The notes beneath the pieces are model-generated. The model was not told where the DNA came from, did no database searches, and was given only the letters and a program-made list of their open reading frames with translations. From Nitrospirota bacterium (lineage in GTDB: Bacteria > Nitrospirota > Thermodesulfovibrionia > Thermodesulfovibrionales > Dissulfurispiraceae), in the NCBI GenBank assembly GCA_963710375.1, contig CAVPZX010000002.1, forward strand, positions 736,001 to 800,000: a stretch of 64,000 bases of DNA, read 5' to 3'. This document shows positions 29,917-39,174 of this stretch, piece after piece (position 1 is the stretch's first letter; each line of letters begins with the position of its first letter). A program made the translations under genes and the position numbers.

Positions 29917-31703
29917 TTAAAAGTACAGAACACTCTGCACTCCGAAGCGGTTTTCATGACGCCTGCCCTCGCTGTCAAGGCCTGCTGCGCTCAGCCCTGG
30001 ATTGGGTCCTATCGTTACGGCCCAGTACGCCCTGATAAAATAAATAGGTGTCAGGCTGAGATTGAGTCCCACCCCTGCCCCGCTGAGCCCGTAGCTGTTC
30101 TTAAGTGCAGGATTTCCACTGTTCCAGTTTGCCCATGTATTTTTGTGCAGTACTATCCATCCATAATCAAAAAACGTAAGAGCCTGAAGATGTCCCAGAG
30201 GCGTTGAGCCGGGAAAGTCCTTTCTGATCTCCATATTCGCCACCAGGCCATCGTCTCCCGGCGCCTCTCCTGAACCATAGGCCCGCACCCCGGTCGAACC
30301 CTCCCAGTATCGAGCTGCTCTGATGAATCTAGGTTTTTGCCAGAATACTGACCGTTCACCGCCCCGTACAGGCTGAAGCCGCTGCCTATATTCTGCTGCC
30401 TTGCCAAGTTATAATTGAATTTCCAGTAATCCCCTTCGGTTCTCAACGTCAGCTGGTCAACAGCCAGATTGTCCGGATTCCGGCCCAGTTCAAGATGCCC
30501 CCCACTCGCTGAAAGCCCAAACGTTGTGTATCCTCCACCTCCAAAAGTGTCTGATACATTCCCATTAAACCCCATGGTAATCACGTTTACTCGTTTATCG
30601 TCGATGACCGTGACGATTGTCGCATCAAGCAACTCCTTGTGATCGTACTTTATGGTGGCGTATAGATCATGTTCACGGCTCCTTATTATAGGGTACGTGG
30701 CATTTGCCGTCCACGTCCCTGCCGTACCGTGTGAGTTTAAAGCCGATTCTTCTTCGCCGATTTTGTATCCCAAGGAGGTATATGTCCCGCCTGCCTGCAG
30801 TCCGGAGTAACCTATCGGAACACGCCAACCCGCGCTCCACAACCACATTTTACCCTTGTTGATATTAAACAACGGTTCGCCGGCTTGGAGTCCACTGAGA
30901 GTTATCGTATCTCCATGACCGCTCATATCGTTAATGTTGAAGCTTCCGACAAACCGCTCCCGGCCTGTGTACCGTTCGCCATAATCGTCGAAGCCCACGC
31001 TCCCTGTTATGAGAGGGCCTTCCTTTACCTTAACCGCTATTTTTGTGGTTCCAGACGTGCTGCCTGCCGTGAGGTTTGTCGAAGCGGTTACTCCCGGCAA
31101 ATCATTTACCAGCAGTATGCCCCTTTCAAGTTTTCCCAACTCCAGGGGTGCTTCGGCTTTGACTGTATCACTCATTATGCCCTGCACAACGCTTTTTTTA
31201 AGCCGTTTGAGTTCTCCTTCAACTTCGACTACATTGCCGTTTTTTCCGACTTCCGCTTTACCGACGATCACGTTTATCCTTACTATGCCGTCTATTATTT
31301 CTTGCTGAGGAATGTAAGCCTTGGCTAGAAAATAGCCCTTCCCTCTCAAATACCCTGTGACTTTGGCTGCCGCTTCTTCCAGTTCTTCAAAGGTGACTTC
31401 GCGGTTTGTATAGACTTTCACTATCTGTTGCAGCTCGGATTCAGGCACCACAGGGAAGTCCATCCTGAAGGAGAATCCCTTAACATATAGCTTCACTTCT
31501 TTGGGATGCTTCATGGGAGGTTCCTGAGGGACGGGAATCGCTTCAGATGGTTTTGCGGGTGTTTTGGGAGGCAGTGCTTTTTCGAACTCCTGCAGAAGCC
31601 TTCCGGCATTTGGGGGCGACTGCCCCCATGCTGCCCCGCTGATAAGCAGCGCCGCAAATGACGTTGCTAAAAAGGTCCTAAGAACACTGCTCCAATGTGC
31701 TAT
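29917..31703 (-). pseudogene. TpsB (ShlB/FhaC/HecB family) transporter, frameshifted near 30300, apparent ATA start
   Basis: Signal peptide, POTRA (KGYFLAKAYIPQQEI), NLDSSEQ in one frame, GVRAY...VLYF-stop in another. Confidence 0.85.
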
Positions 31704-31734
31704 AACTTGCTCCTTATATTTCCTTCCGTTTCAG

Positions 31735-31825
31735 TTACCGTTGCCACCGACGTTTCTATGAACCCGCTATCTCTCCCGTTGTGGTCCGAGGTATCCAGCG
31801 TGCCGCCCATATTCACATTATCACC
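31735..31825 (-). pseudogene. Degenerate fragment of a TpsA secretion domain
   Basis: Translates VNMGGTLDTSDHNGRDSGFIETSVATV versus VNVSGTLDASAPNGGDGGFIETSASTV in TpsA1 (near-identical in TpsA2). Confidence 0.75.
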
Positions 31826-32405
31826 TTATGAATATGCAAGCGTTATGCCAGATAAGACAATGTATGATCTTTTTGATTTATTGGAATTTCTGTTGAAATG
31901 TTACACAGCATGTAGATAGATTAATTCCAATATCCATAATTTTAATCAAACACCCGTCAAGGCATTGACGGTTTTCGTTGCAAGACAAGATCAGGAGTGA
32001 GATATTCATTATATCGTATCGATTTCCCCCAATCTGGTGCTTTTCCCGGTATTTTCAATAAGTTACTTCCAATTGTTCACTTATTTTAGATTATTGTTTG
32101 CCGTTTGTCAATTACTACTAAATTTCAGGAGGTTCCAAAATAATTAATGACAGATATAGACATAATAAAGAATAAAAAACCAACGGCCTAGTCACATTGG
32201 TAAATTGTCTATTATATCCAGCGAATTATTGGCACTGTTTCCGAGGATGGAGCTTTAGGAAATGGTGAAAAAAATGCGACGAAGAGCACATTGCTAAAGA
32301 TTTTACCTAATGTGGGCAATTTGTGAGCATGCTGTTTTGCAGGATCAGCAGTGCGCATTCTCTCTCAGAGAGATTGACTTGCTCTTCCTCTTGCCCTTCC
32401 TCTTT

Positions 32406-35400
32406 CTATTTCTTTTCGTTTATGACGACAGCGTTGATTTGCGCGCCGCTCGTCCCGAGTTTGCTCTCAGCTGCAAGCATGCCCAGGGCAGCGATAACCT
32501 TCTTGTCCACCTTTGCCGTCGCTGTGCTGGCCGCTTCATTGGCAGGCTGTATGGTCAGCCCATTCCCGCTCTGGCTAACGCTGTATTCAAGTACGGAGCC
32601 GTCAGCACTTGTTACTGAGAAGGTAGCGCTCTTAACTCCCCCGGAAACCGTTACCGGCGCTGCCGCGACTGTTACAGGAGCTGCGGCTGTAGATTGTGTC
32701 AGGGACACCGACCCGCTCCCTGTACTGGTGGCAAAGTTACCGATGCTTTTAGTCCCTTCATCTGTTGCCGTATAAATGGTCAATGCTCCTGTTGAGGTTC
32801 CGCCTGTATTAGATGCTGCACTTGCAGGTGCAGGCTGTGATGAAGAAGGCGCTGCCGCTACCGTCACGGTCCCTCCCTGGTCAGTAATCGTCATACTACC
32901 CAAGTTTACTCCACCCACCGTAAAGCCTACAGGCGCCGCTGTCAGTGCACTTGTACCTGTCGAAACAGGAGAAGCTGCCATAGGAGCTGTTGGAGGCGTG
33001 CCTGCACCCGGCGACGCAGGTGAAGAAGATGCCGCCGGAGCCGTTGACGGTGTACCTGTACCCGGAGATGCCGCAGGAGTGGTTACTGCAGGAGCAGTAC
33101 CCACCGTAATCAATCCTCCGCCAAAGCTGGTCTGGCCCGCTCCGCCCGTGGCACCAGCTGAAGAAGGCGCGGTGGGGCTTGATGTTGTGGTTGTCTGCTG
33201 TGGCGCTGTTTGCGTTGTGGTTATGGCAGTCGTTACTGTCGCAGATGCAACAAGAGAACCTGAATTGGTCACAGGTGCAGAGGTTATGGTCAGCGTGCCG
33301 CCAGCGAAAGTGATCGAATAGTTGCCGCTCTTCAGACCGCCAGGCATGATGCTGTAGCTGCCGGCGTTGGTCGCACCTTGCGACGTGCCGCTAAAACTAA
33401 GCGAGCCGCCCAGCACCGAAGAGGTCTGATTATTCATAAAGCCGCTGTACGTCACACCGTTGCCACCGCTGTAAGCCATGCCGTTGTAAGTCTCTGATGC
33501 GTTATTCGCCGCCACCAACAGCGGTGCAGGGTTGATGGTCAGTGTACCGTTAGCGAAGTTAATCACGTAGTTACCGCTCGTTACGCCCCCAGGTGTGATA
33601 CTATAGCTGCCGGCGTTTGTCGCACCTTGCGAACTACCGCTGAAGGTAAGCGCGCCGCCCAGCACCGAAGCAGTCTGATTATTAACAAAACCGCTGTAGG
33701 TCACGCCGTTGTCACCGCTGTAAGCCAGACCGTTGTACGTCTTTGATGCGTTACTCGCTGTCACTGTCAGCGGTGCAGGTTTGATGGTCAGTGTCCCGCT
33801 AACGAAGGAAACAGCGTAGTTGCTGTTCGTCATTGTCAGCCCACCCGGTATGATGCTGTAACTTCCGGCATTAGTCGCACCTTGCGAAGTGCCGCTGTAC
33901 GTAGGCGAGCCGCCCAGCACCGAAGCGGTCTGATTATTCACAAAGCCGCTGTATGTCACACCGCTGCCACCGCTGAAAGCCAGACCGTTGTAAGTCTGTG
34001 ATGCGTTATTCGCCGTCACTGTCAGAAGCGCAGGGTTGATGGTCAGCGTGCCTCCAGCGAAAGTGATCGAATAGTTGCCGCTCGTCAGACCTCCGGGCAT
34101 AATGCTGTAACTGCCCGTGTTGGCCGCGCCTTGCGAGGTACCGCTGTAGCTAAGCGAGCCGCCCAACACCGAACTGCCCTGACCGCTAACAAAGCCGCTG
34201 TAAGTCACCCCGTTGCCACCGCTGAAAGCCACGCCGCTGTATGTATGTGATCCGTTAATGGCCGTCACTGTCAATGGCGCAGGGTTGATCGTGCTGGTCG
34301 AGTTGCTCACGTCGCTGAGTGTGTAGTCGTTCGGGTTGCTGACAGTTATGCCGCTCACCGTAACCGTCCTGTTGCCGTTCCCGGCATTCGGGTCTGTGAA
34401 GGAGTAGCTGCCGCCGCTCAACGAGGCCCCGTTGTATAGCGTGCCTGATACCACAATAGGCGTTCCTGACGCGCCGGTTGTGCCGTCGTACGTCTTGCTG
34501 ACATTACCGATGCTGACCGTCAGCGGCTCAGGGTTGATGGTCACCGCGCCGGTGCGCGTACCTGTAAAGTCGTAGCCCTGCTGGTCTGAATAGACAGTTA
34601 AGTTGTACGTCCCGGCATCCACTGCGCCCTGAGAATTGCCGTCGTAAAACGTATGCCCGCTTGTGCCGGGAATGACGCTGCTGCCGCCACTGAATCCCTG
34701 CCCGTTGTAGGTTATGCTGCTGCCTACGCTAGTGATGGTCGCAGGGGTCAGGAAACTGCGAAGCAGCGGATAAGTGTCGCCATTATATATCCGCCACGTG
34801 TTGACGGTACCTCCGGTATCATCGATACCCCAGCCGGAGAAATTACTGCTTTGCAACATTTGAGAATTGGTCAGGCCGCTGCCGCCGGCGCTGGTTGCCT
34901 GGCCGGAAGTCGTAGTATCCCAGTAACTCTTCGTTATGCCACCGGGGCTGACATCCTGCCCCACCAGTCCGCCTATCGTGTCGACGACGCCATTGTTGGT
35001 TGTGTTGATCGCGCCCGTGCTGTAAGTATAGTTTATGACGCCGCCCGTGTAATTACTGACGTCGGTACTAAGGTTATACCCCACCAACCCACCCATGACG
35101 TCGCCGCCGCCGCTACGGTTGGTGCTTACCGCACCTGCGCTGTAGGAATTGCTGATGCTGCCAAAATCGTAAGTCTGTCCCACCAGTCCACCTACACCGT
35201 CTAAACCACTACTGCCGCTGGTGCTTACCGCGCCCGTGCTGTAGGAATTACTAATGCTGCTATACGACGACGAAAGATATCCCACCAATCCGCCTACACT
35301 GTCGCCGCCGCTCTTGCTGGTGCTTACAGCGCCTGTGCTGTAAGAATTGCTGATACTGCCAAGGTTCCATCCCACCAGTCCACCTATGTAGTCAAAACCG

Positions 35401-37481
35401 TAATTGCCGCCTGCGCTTACGCCACCTGAGCTGTCGAAACCGCCGCTGCCGGTGACGCTTACCGCACCCGTGCTGTGCGAATAGCTGATTCTGCCGCTGC
35501 TGACGCCGCCGTCATTGACCCCCACCAGACCGCCTATGTTGTATCCGCCGTAATTACCGCTGTCGCCGTTGGCGCTTACCGCACTTGCACTATAGGAACT
35601 GCTTATGCTGCCAATGTTATATCCAGCTAGTCCGCCCACGCCGCCTACTGGAACGTAAGGGTTGGAGCCACCGAAGCTTGTGCTGCTGTCGGTGACGCTT
35701 ACAGAACCTGTGGTGTAGGAATTGCTTATGCTGCCGGTGTTATACCCCACGAGTCCGCCTACCCACCCGCCGTAAGTGCCGCTGCCTCCGGTGGCGCTTA
35801 TAGCCACGTTTGTCAGTCCGACATTTCTAATGGTCCCGCTGCTATCCCCAAACATGCCGATATGACTGGACGTCGAATTGTTAATACTCAGGCCATTAAC
35901 TGTATGCCCGAGACCATCAAAGACGCCGGTAAATGGAGTAGTCCCATCGCCAACAGGCGTAAAAGCACCGCCGGTTATATTGCTGCCCAGGGCATAATGT
36001 CCGGGAATATCCATGGACTGTAGACCAGACAGACTGTTGATAACAGTGTAACCGTTATTGTTGATGGTGAGAGTTCCACTTCCTGAGAAGTCTACCCGCC
36101 CCAGGAATCCGCCGCTGCCCAGACCTACTAAAACTGTGCCGCCGGCTACTGCTCCATCCCCGCCGTTTGCAGTTGATGGGTTAAGTGTCAGCGATGCCGT
36201 GCCTGATGCAGTCATGACAGCGTTTATGTTTATGTTGTCTGCAGCGGTGAGTTTCAGCAGGTTCTGGGTCCATGTCACTGTATCGTTGATATTTATATTG
36301 CCATGGCCGCCGGCAGTGCCGCTGCTGGAGTTGATATCCACCTCGATGTTGCTAGCCAGGTCTGCATCCAGGGTCGCTCCACTCATGTTACCGCCGGTAG
36401 CTGCAATTGTGAAGTCGGCTGGATCGATCAGCCATCTGCCGGACTTCCCATATGGCGCAAAAGTGGTAATGCGGGCACCGTCTGCAATGTTTACGCTTGC
36501 AGCAGAGGTCTCTATGAACCCGCCGTCCCCGCCATTGGGCGCAGATGCATCCAGTGTCCCGCTTACGTTCACAGTCCCGTTCTGCTTATCGCCCATCAGC
36601 ATTATGACGCCGTTTTTATTCTCTATTGTCCGCGCCTGTATCACCCCTTCGTTGTTGACCACAGCGCTCGACAGGCTGTCCGCTGCCTTCGCCGTCATGA
36701 GCACCTGCCCGCCGTCAGCCTCCACCAGGTTCCGGTTATCTATAAGGGCATTCACGGTTCCCTGATTCACTGCATAGTTGATGAGTCCGTCTCCACTAAA
36801 GTCGAGGCTTACCTCGTCTCCTGCTGCCATTGCAACAGTGCCCATCTTTGCGCTGATGATCCCCTGGTTTGTTACCTGGGGCGCAAGCAAGGCTATGTAC
36901 CCGCCCCCGGCTGCGGTCAGAGTGCCCTGATTAACTATGCTGCCTGCGCTGCCTGCATTGTAAAAATTATAATTGCCTTTCATGAAATCGCTGTCATTCA
37001 GACTCAATGTGGATGCAACCAGGCCCCCTACATTCACGCTACCCGACGGCCCGAAAATTATCCCGGCTGGGTTCAACAGAAAGACCTGCCCGTTGGCGGT
37101 CATTGTTCCATAGATGGATGAAGGGTCTACGGATAACACGCGGTTCAAGGCGATGGAAGAACTGTTAGGCTGCGCAAAATTGACCCATGCGTTTTGACCT
37201 ATGTTGAAGGTCTGCCAATTGATCGCGGCATTCTGGCTGGACTGGGTGATGTTCATCTTATTGCCGCTTGTGTTGATGGATGCCGCACCGGCTGACACCT
37301 GCCCGCCTGTGGGAAGCGCGTTAGGCGCAGGGGGCTGCGCGAACGCCGGAACCACCATGCTTAAAATGATAAAGGATGCTACTGAAGACCGCCAGAGGAA
37401 ACGTGCTGTTCGAATCAGTGCAAAATAACATCTTCGCATGATTATTTCGTAGTGTCCATTCAATTCTATAAAAGGTTTCAT
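32406..37481 (-). CDS. TpsA-type adhesin 2 (TPS domain, GLUG repeats, MBG-like repeats)
   Basis: Same TPS domain as adhesin 1; 8 GGL[VA]G repeats; four about 84-aa GVTYSGF...GTLTI repeats at about 33285-34290. Confidence 0.9.
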   Translation of the reverse strand: MKPFIELNGHYEIIMRRCYFALIRTARFLWRSSVASFIILSMVVPAFAQPPAPNALPTGGQVSAGAASINTSGNKMNITQSSQNAAINWQTFNIGQNAWVNFAQPNSSSIALNRVLSVDPSSIYGTMTANGQVFLLNPAGIIFGPSGSVNVGGLVASTLSLNDSDFMKGNYNFYNAGSAGSIVNQGTLTAAGGGYIALLAPQVTNQGIISAKMGTVAMAAGDEVSLDFSGDGLINYAVNQGTVNALIDNRNLVEADGGQVLMTAKAADSLSSAVVNNEGVIQARTIENKNGVIMLMGDKQNGTVNVSGTLDASAPNGGDGGFIETSAASVNIADGARITTFAPYGKSGRWLIDPADFTIAATGGNMSGATLDADLASNIEVDINSSSGTAGGHGNININDTVTWTQNLLKLTAADNININAVMTASGTASLTLNPSTANGGDGAVAGGTVLVGLGSGGFLGRVDFSGSGTLTINNNGYTVINSLSGLQSMDIPGHYALGSNITGGAFTPVGDGTTPFTGVFDGLGHTVNGLSINNSTSSHIGMFGDSSGTIRNVGLTNVAISATGGSGTYGGWVGGLVGYNTGSISNSYTTGSVSVTDSSTSFGGSNPYVPVGGVGGLAGYNIGSISSSYSASAVSANGDSGNYGGYNIGGLVGVNDGGVSSGRISYSHSTGAVSVTGSGGFDSSGGVSAGGNYGFDYIGGLVGWNLGSISNSYSTGAVSTSKSGGDSVGGLVGYLSSSYSSISNSYSTGAVSTSGSSGLDGVGGLVGQTYDFGSISNSYSAGAVSTNRSGGGDVMGGLVGYNLSTDVSNYTGGVINYTYSTGAINTTNNGVVDTIGGLVGQDVSPGGITKSYWDTTTSGQATSAGGSGLTNSQMLQSSNFSGWGIDDTGGTVNTWRIYNGDTYPLLRSFLTPATITSVGSSITYNGQGFSGGSSVIPGTSGHTFYDGNSQGAVDAGTYNLTVYSDQQGYDFTGTRTGAVTINPEPLTVSIGNVSKTYDGTTGASGTPIVVSGTLYNGASLSGGSYSFTDPNAGNGNRTVTVSGITVSNPNDYTLSDVSNSTSTINPAPLTVTAINGSHTYSGVAFSGGNGVTYSGFVSGQGSSVLGGSLSYSGTSQGAANTGSYSIMPGGLTSGNYSITFAGGTLTINPALLTVTANNASQTYNGLAFSGGSGVTYSGFVNNQTASVLGGSPTYSGTSQGATNAGSYSIIPGGLTMTNSNYAVSFVSGTLTIKPAPLTVTASNASKTYNGLAYSGDNGVTYSGFVNNQTASVLGGALTFSGSSQGATNAGSYSITPGGVTSGNYVINFANGTLTINPAPLLVAANNASETYNGMAYSGGNGVTYSGFMNNQTSSVLGGSLSFSGTSQGATNAGSYSIMPGGLKSGNYSITFAGGTLTITSAPVTNSGSLVASATVTTAITTTQTAPQQTTTTSSPTAPSSAGATGGAGQTSFGGGLITVGTAPAVTTPAASPGTGTPSTAPAASSSPASPGAGTPPTAPMAASPVSTGTSALTAAPVGFTVGGVNLGSMTITDQGGTVTVAAAPSSSQPAPASAASNTGGTSTGALTIYTATDEGTKSIGNFATSTGSGSVSLTQSTAAAPVTVAAAPVTVSGGVKSATFSVTSADGSVLEYSVSQSGNGLTIQPANEAASTATAKVDKKVIAALGMLAAESKLGTSGAQINAVVINEKK

Positions 37482-37559
37482 GAAGTTCCCCCCCTTCAAA
37501 AAACTTTACCTGATGCCCCGATCTCTCAAGGCTTCATCTACACTTCTCCCCTTAGATAA

Positions 37560-37588
37560 AGGATAAAACTAATCTTGCTTCTTGTCAA
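37560..37588 (-). promoter_or_regulatory. Sigma70-type promoter of tpsA2
   Basis: TTGACA-N17-TATCCT. Confidence 0.7.
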
Positions 37589-38024
37589 TAGAGCGGAAAT
37601 CTTGCTCAGACATCCCTAATACTCAACATATTAAAAGACACATTATCAGCCTGCTGCCTATATATTATTTTAAGGCATCAGGACGATTCTTTGAGTCAGT
37701 CAGAAGCCGATTTTTCTGTAGGCAATAGCCTCAAAAACAGGTCAGCGTATGTCTGACTCGACTTTTGCCCGAAAGTACCATTTATGAGGACGAATTATCA
37801 AACAATACACTATAATACTTTCGGGTAATTGTTTTCTATACTTGGAACCTGTTATAAAATGTCAACAGGTCAAAACTTATGAATAATGTATTATACTATT
37901 ATACATATGAATAGCAAGTTAAAATCTGCGGTTCTCTTAAAGGGGCAGCCTGGTTACAAGTCTTGCCTATACGCAAGTGCTCATGTATACAAATGTAGAC
38001 ATATCTATTCACACGGATCAGCCT

Positions 38025-38714
38025 ATGATTGTTGATGATAAAAAACAGATCAGCATAGAATCAGTCGTTAAAGGCATCCCCTTTTTTGCAGGTCTTTCCT
38101 TGGATGAAGTCGAAGAACTGCGGCATGTAATTGTTGACAAGCATTTTTCGAGAAATAATATTATTTTTATCGAAGAAGACACGCAGAGATACATGTATGC
38201 TATTATTTCGGGAAGAGTTAAGGCAGTCCATATCGGCGAGGACGGAAAGGAGCATATTCTTGCCGTTCATAAAGCCGGCGATTGGTTCGGCGAGATGGCC
38301 CTGCTGGATGGGAAAACGGCCCCGGCCACAGTTATAGCCATGGAAGATACGCGCATTCTCATCTTGTCCAGGAAGGTCTTCGAGGAGTACCTTTTGACAA
38401 ATAACAAGATGCTCAAACAAATTATTTCTTTCCTATGTTTAAGGTTAAGAGATGCCTGGATAATGCTTAAAGTGATGAGCCTCTCGCGGTCCGAGGACAG
38501 GATACGTACAGTACTAAAGCTGTTGGGTGTTCAGTACGGGGTGAAGGACGGGAGGGGAACCATCATTAACATAAAACTTACTCATCAGGACATTGCCAAT
38601 TATGCATCTGTTTCACGAGAGACAGTCACGCGCTTTTTGAATAAACTGGCAAAAGATGGAGAAATCGAGATACTTGACAGCAAAAATATCTGCTTGATCC
38701 CCTCTTTTTTTTAA
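38025..38714 (+). CDS. CRP/FNR-family transcriptional regulator (start uncertain)
   Basis: cNMP-binding FGEMALLD motif; HTH THQDIA...SRETVTR. Confidence 0.95.
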   Translation: MIVDDKKQISIESVVKGIPFFAGLSLDEVEELRHVIVDKHFSRNNIIFIEEDTQRYMYAIISGRVKAVHIGEDGKEHILAVHKAGDWFGEMALLDGKTAPATVIAMEDTRILILSRKVFEEYLLTNNKMLKQIISFLCLRLRDAWIMLKVMSLSRSEDRIRTVLKLLGVQYGVKDGRGTIINIKLTHQDIANYASVSRETVTRFLNKLAKDGEIEILDSKNICLIPSFF

Positions 38715-38909
38715 AATCACTTTTTTTGTGATTGCGATGTATGCATCGCCAAAACATCAACATCCTAATATTATCAATTCGTAGATTATTTGCAATTAAG
38801 TAATTTTTCCATGGACATTGTAATTAATCCATATTGATACCGTTTAACATTCCTCATAAGTCCTAATAAATAGTCCTAATAAATCAAAAAGATAACAAAT
38901 TATCTAGCA

Positions 38910-38925
38910 TGGCATGATCCTTGCT
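38910..38925 (+). promoter_or_regulatory. Sigma54 (-24/-12) promoter upstream of htrA
   Basis: TGGCATGATCCTTGCT = GG-N10-GC consensus. Confidence 0.65.
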
Positions 38926-39057
38926 TTCTTTATCGTTAGATGAAGAGAAGATAAGACATGCAACCACTGAAAAAGATGAGGAAAGAGTGAAGGTAAAAAC
39001 CGGGCATATTATTTTGGTAAAAACATGATTGTTCTGAATCGGCTTAACTCACTTTTT

Positions 39058-39073
39058 TGTGATGTATGTCACA
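39058..39073. promoter_or_regulatory. CRP-type operator
   Basis: TGTGA-TGTATG-TCACA, exact TGTGA-N6-TCACA. Confidence 0.7.
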
Positions 39074-39174
39074 TTAGCAGCTCTGCTTTTCAATGTAAAA
39101 TGAACTCAAGGATGAGAAAAAGAATGAAGTCGATAAGCAAAAAAGGGCTGACGGTGTGGGGATTGAATCAATCA

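Noticed and set aside
21713..37481. Contact-dependent inhibition (CdiA/CdiI) locus
   Set aside because: No VENN/pre-toxin motif, C-termini are conserved rather than polymorphic, and no immunity ORFs follow
37700..37775. c-di-GMP-I riboswitch upstream of tpsA2
   Set aside because: Only GGGCAAA matches; the GNRA loop and GACGCAAA are absent, and it lies upstream of the predicted promoter
39025..39174. 50-aa N-terminal extension of HtrA
   Set aside because: Contains the CRP box and precedes the signal-like segment; likely non-coding
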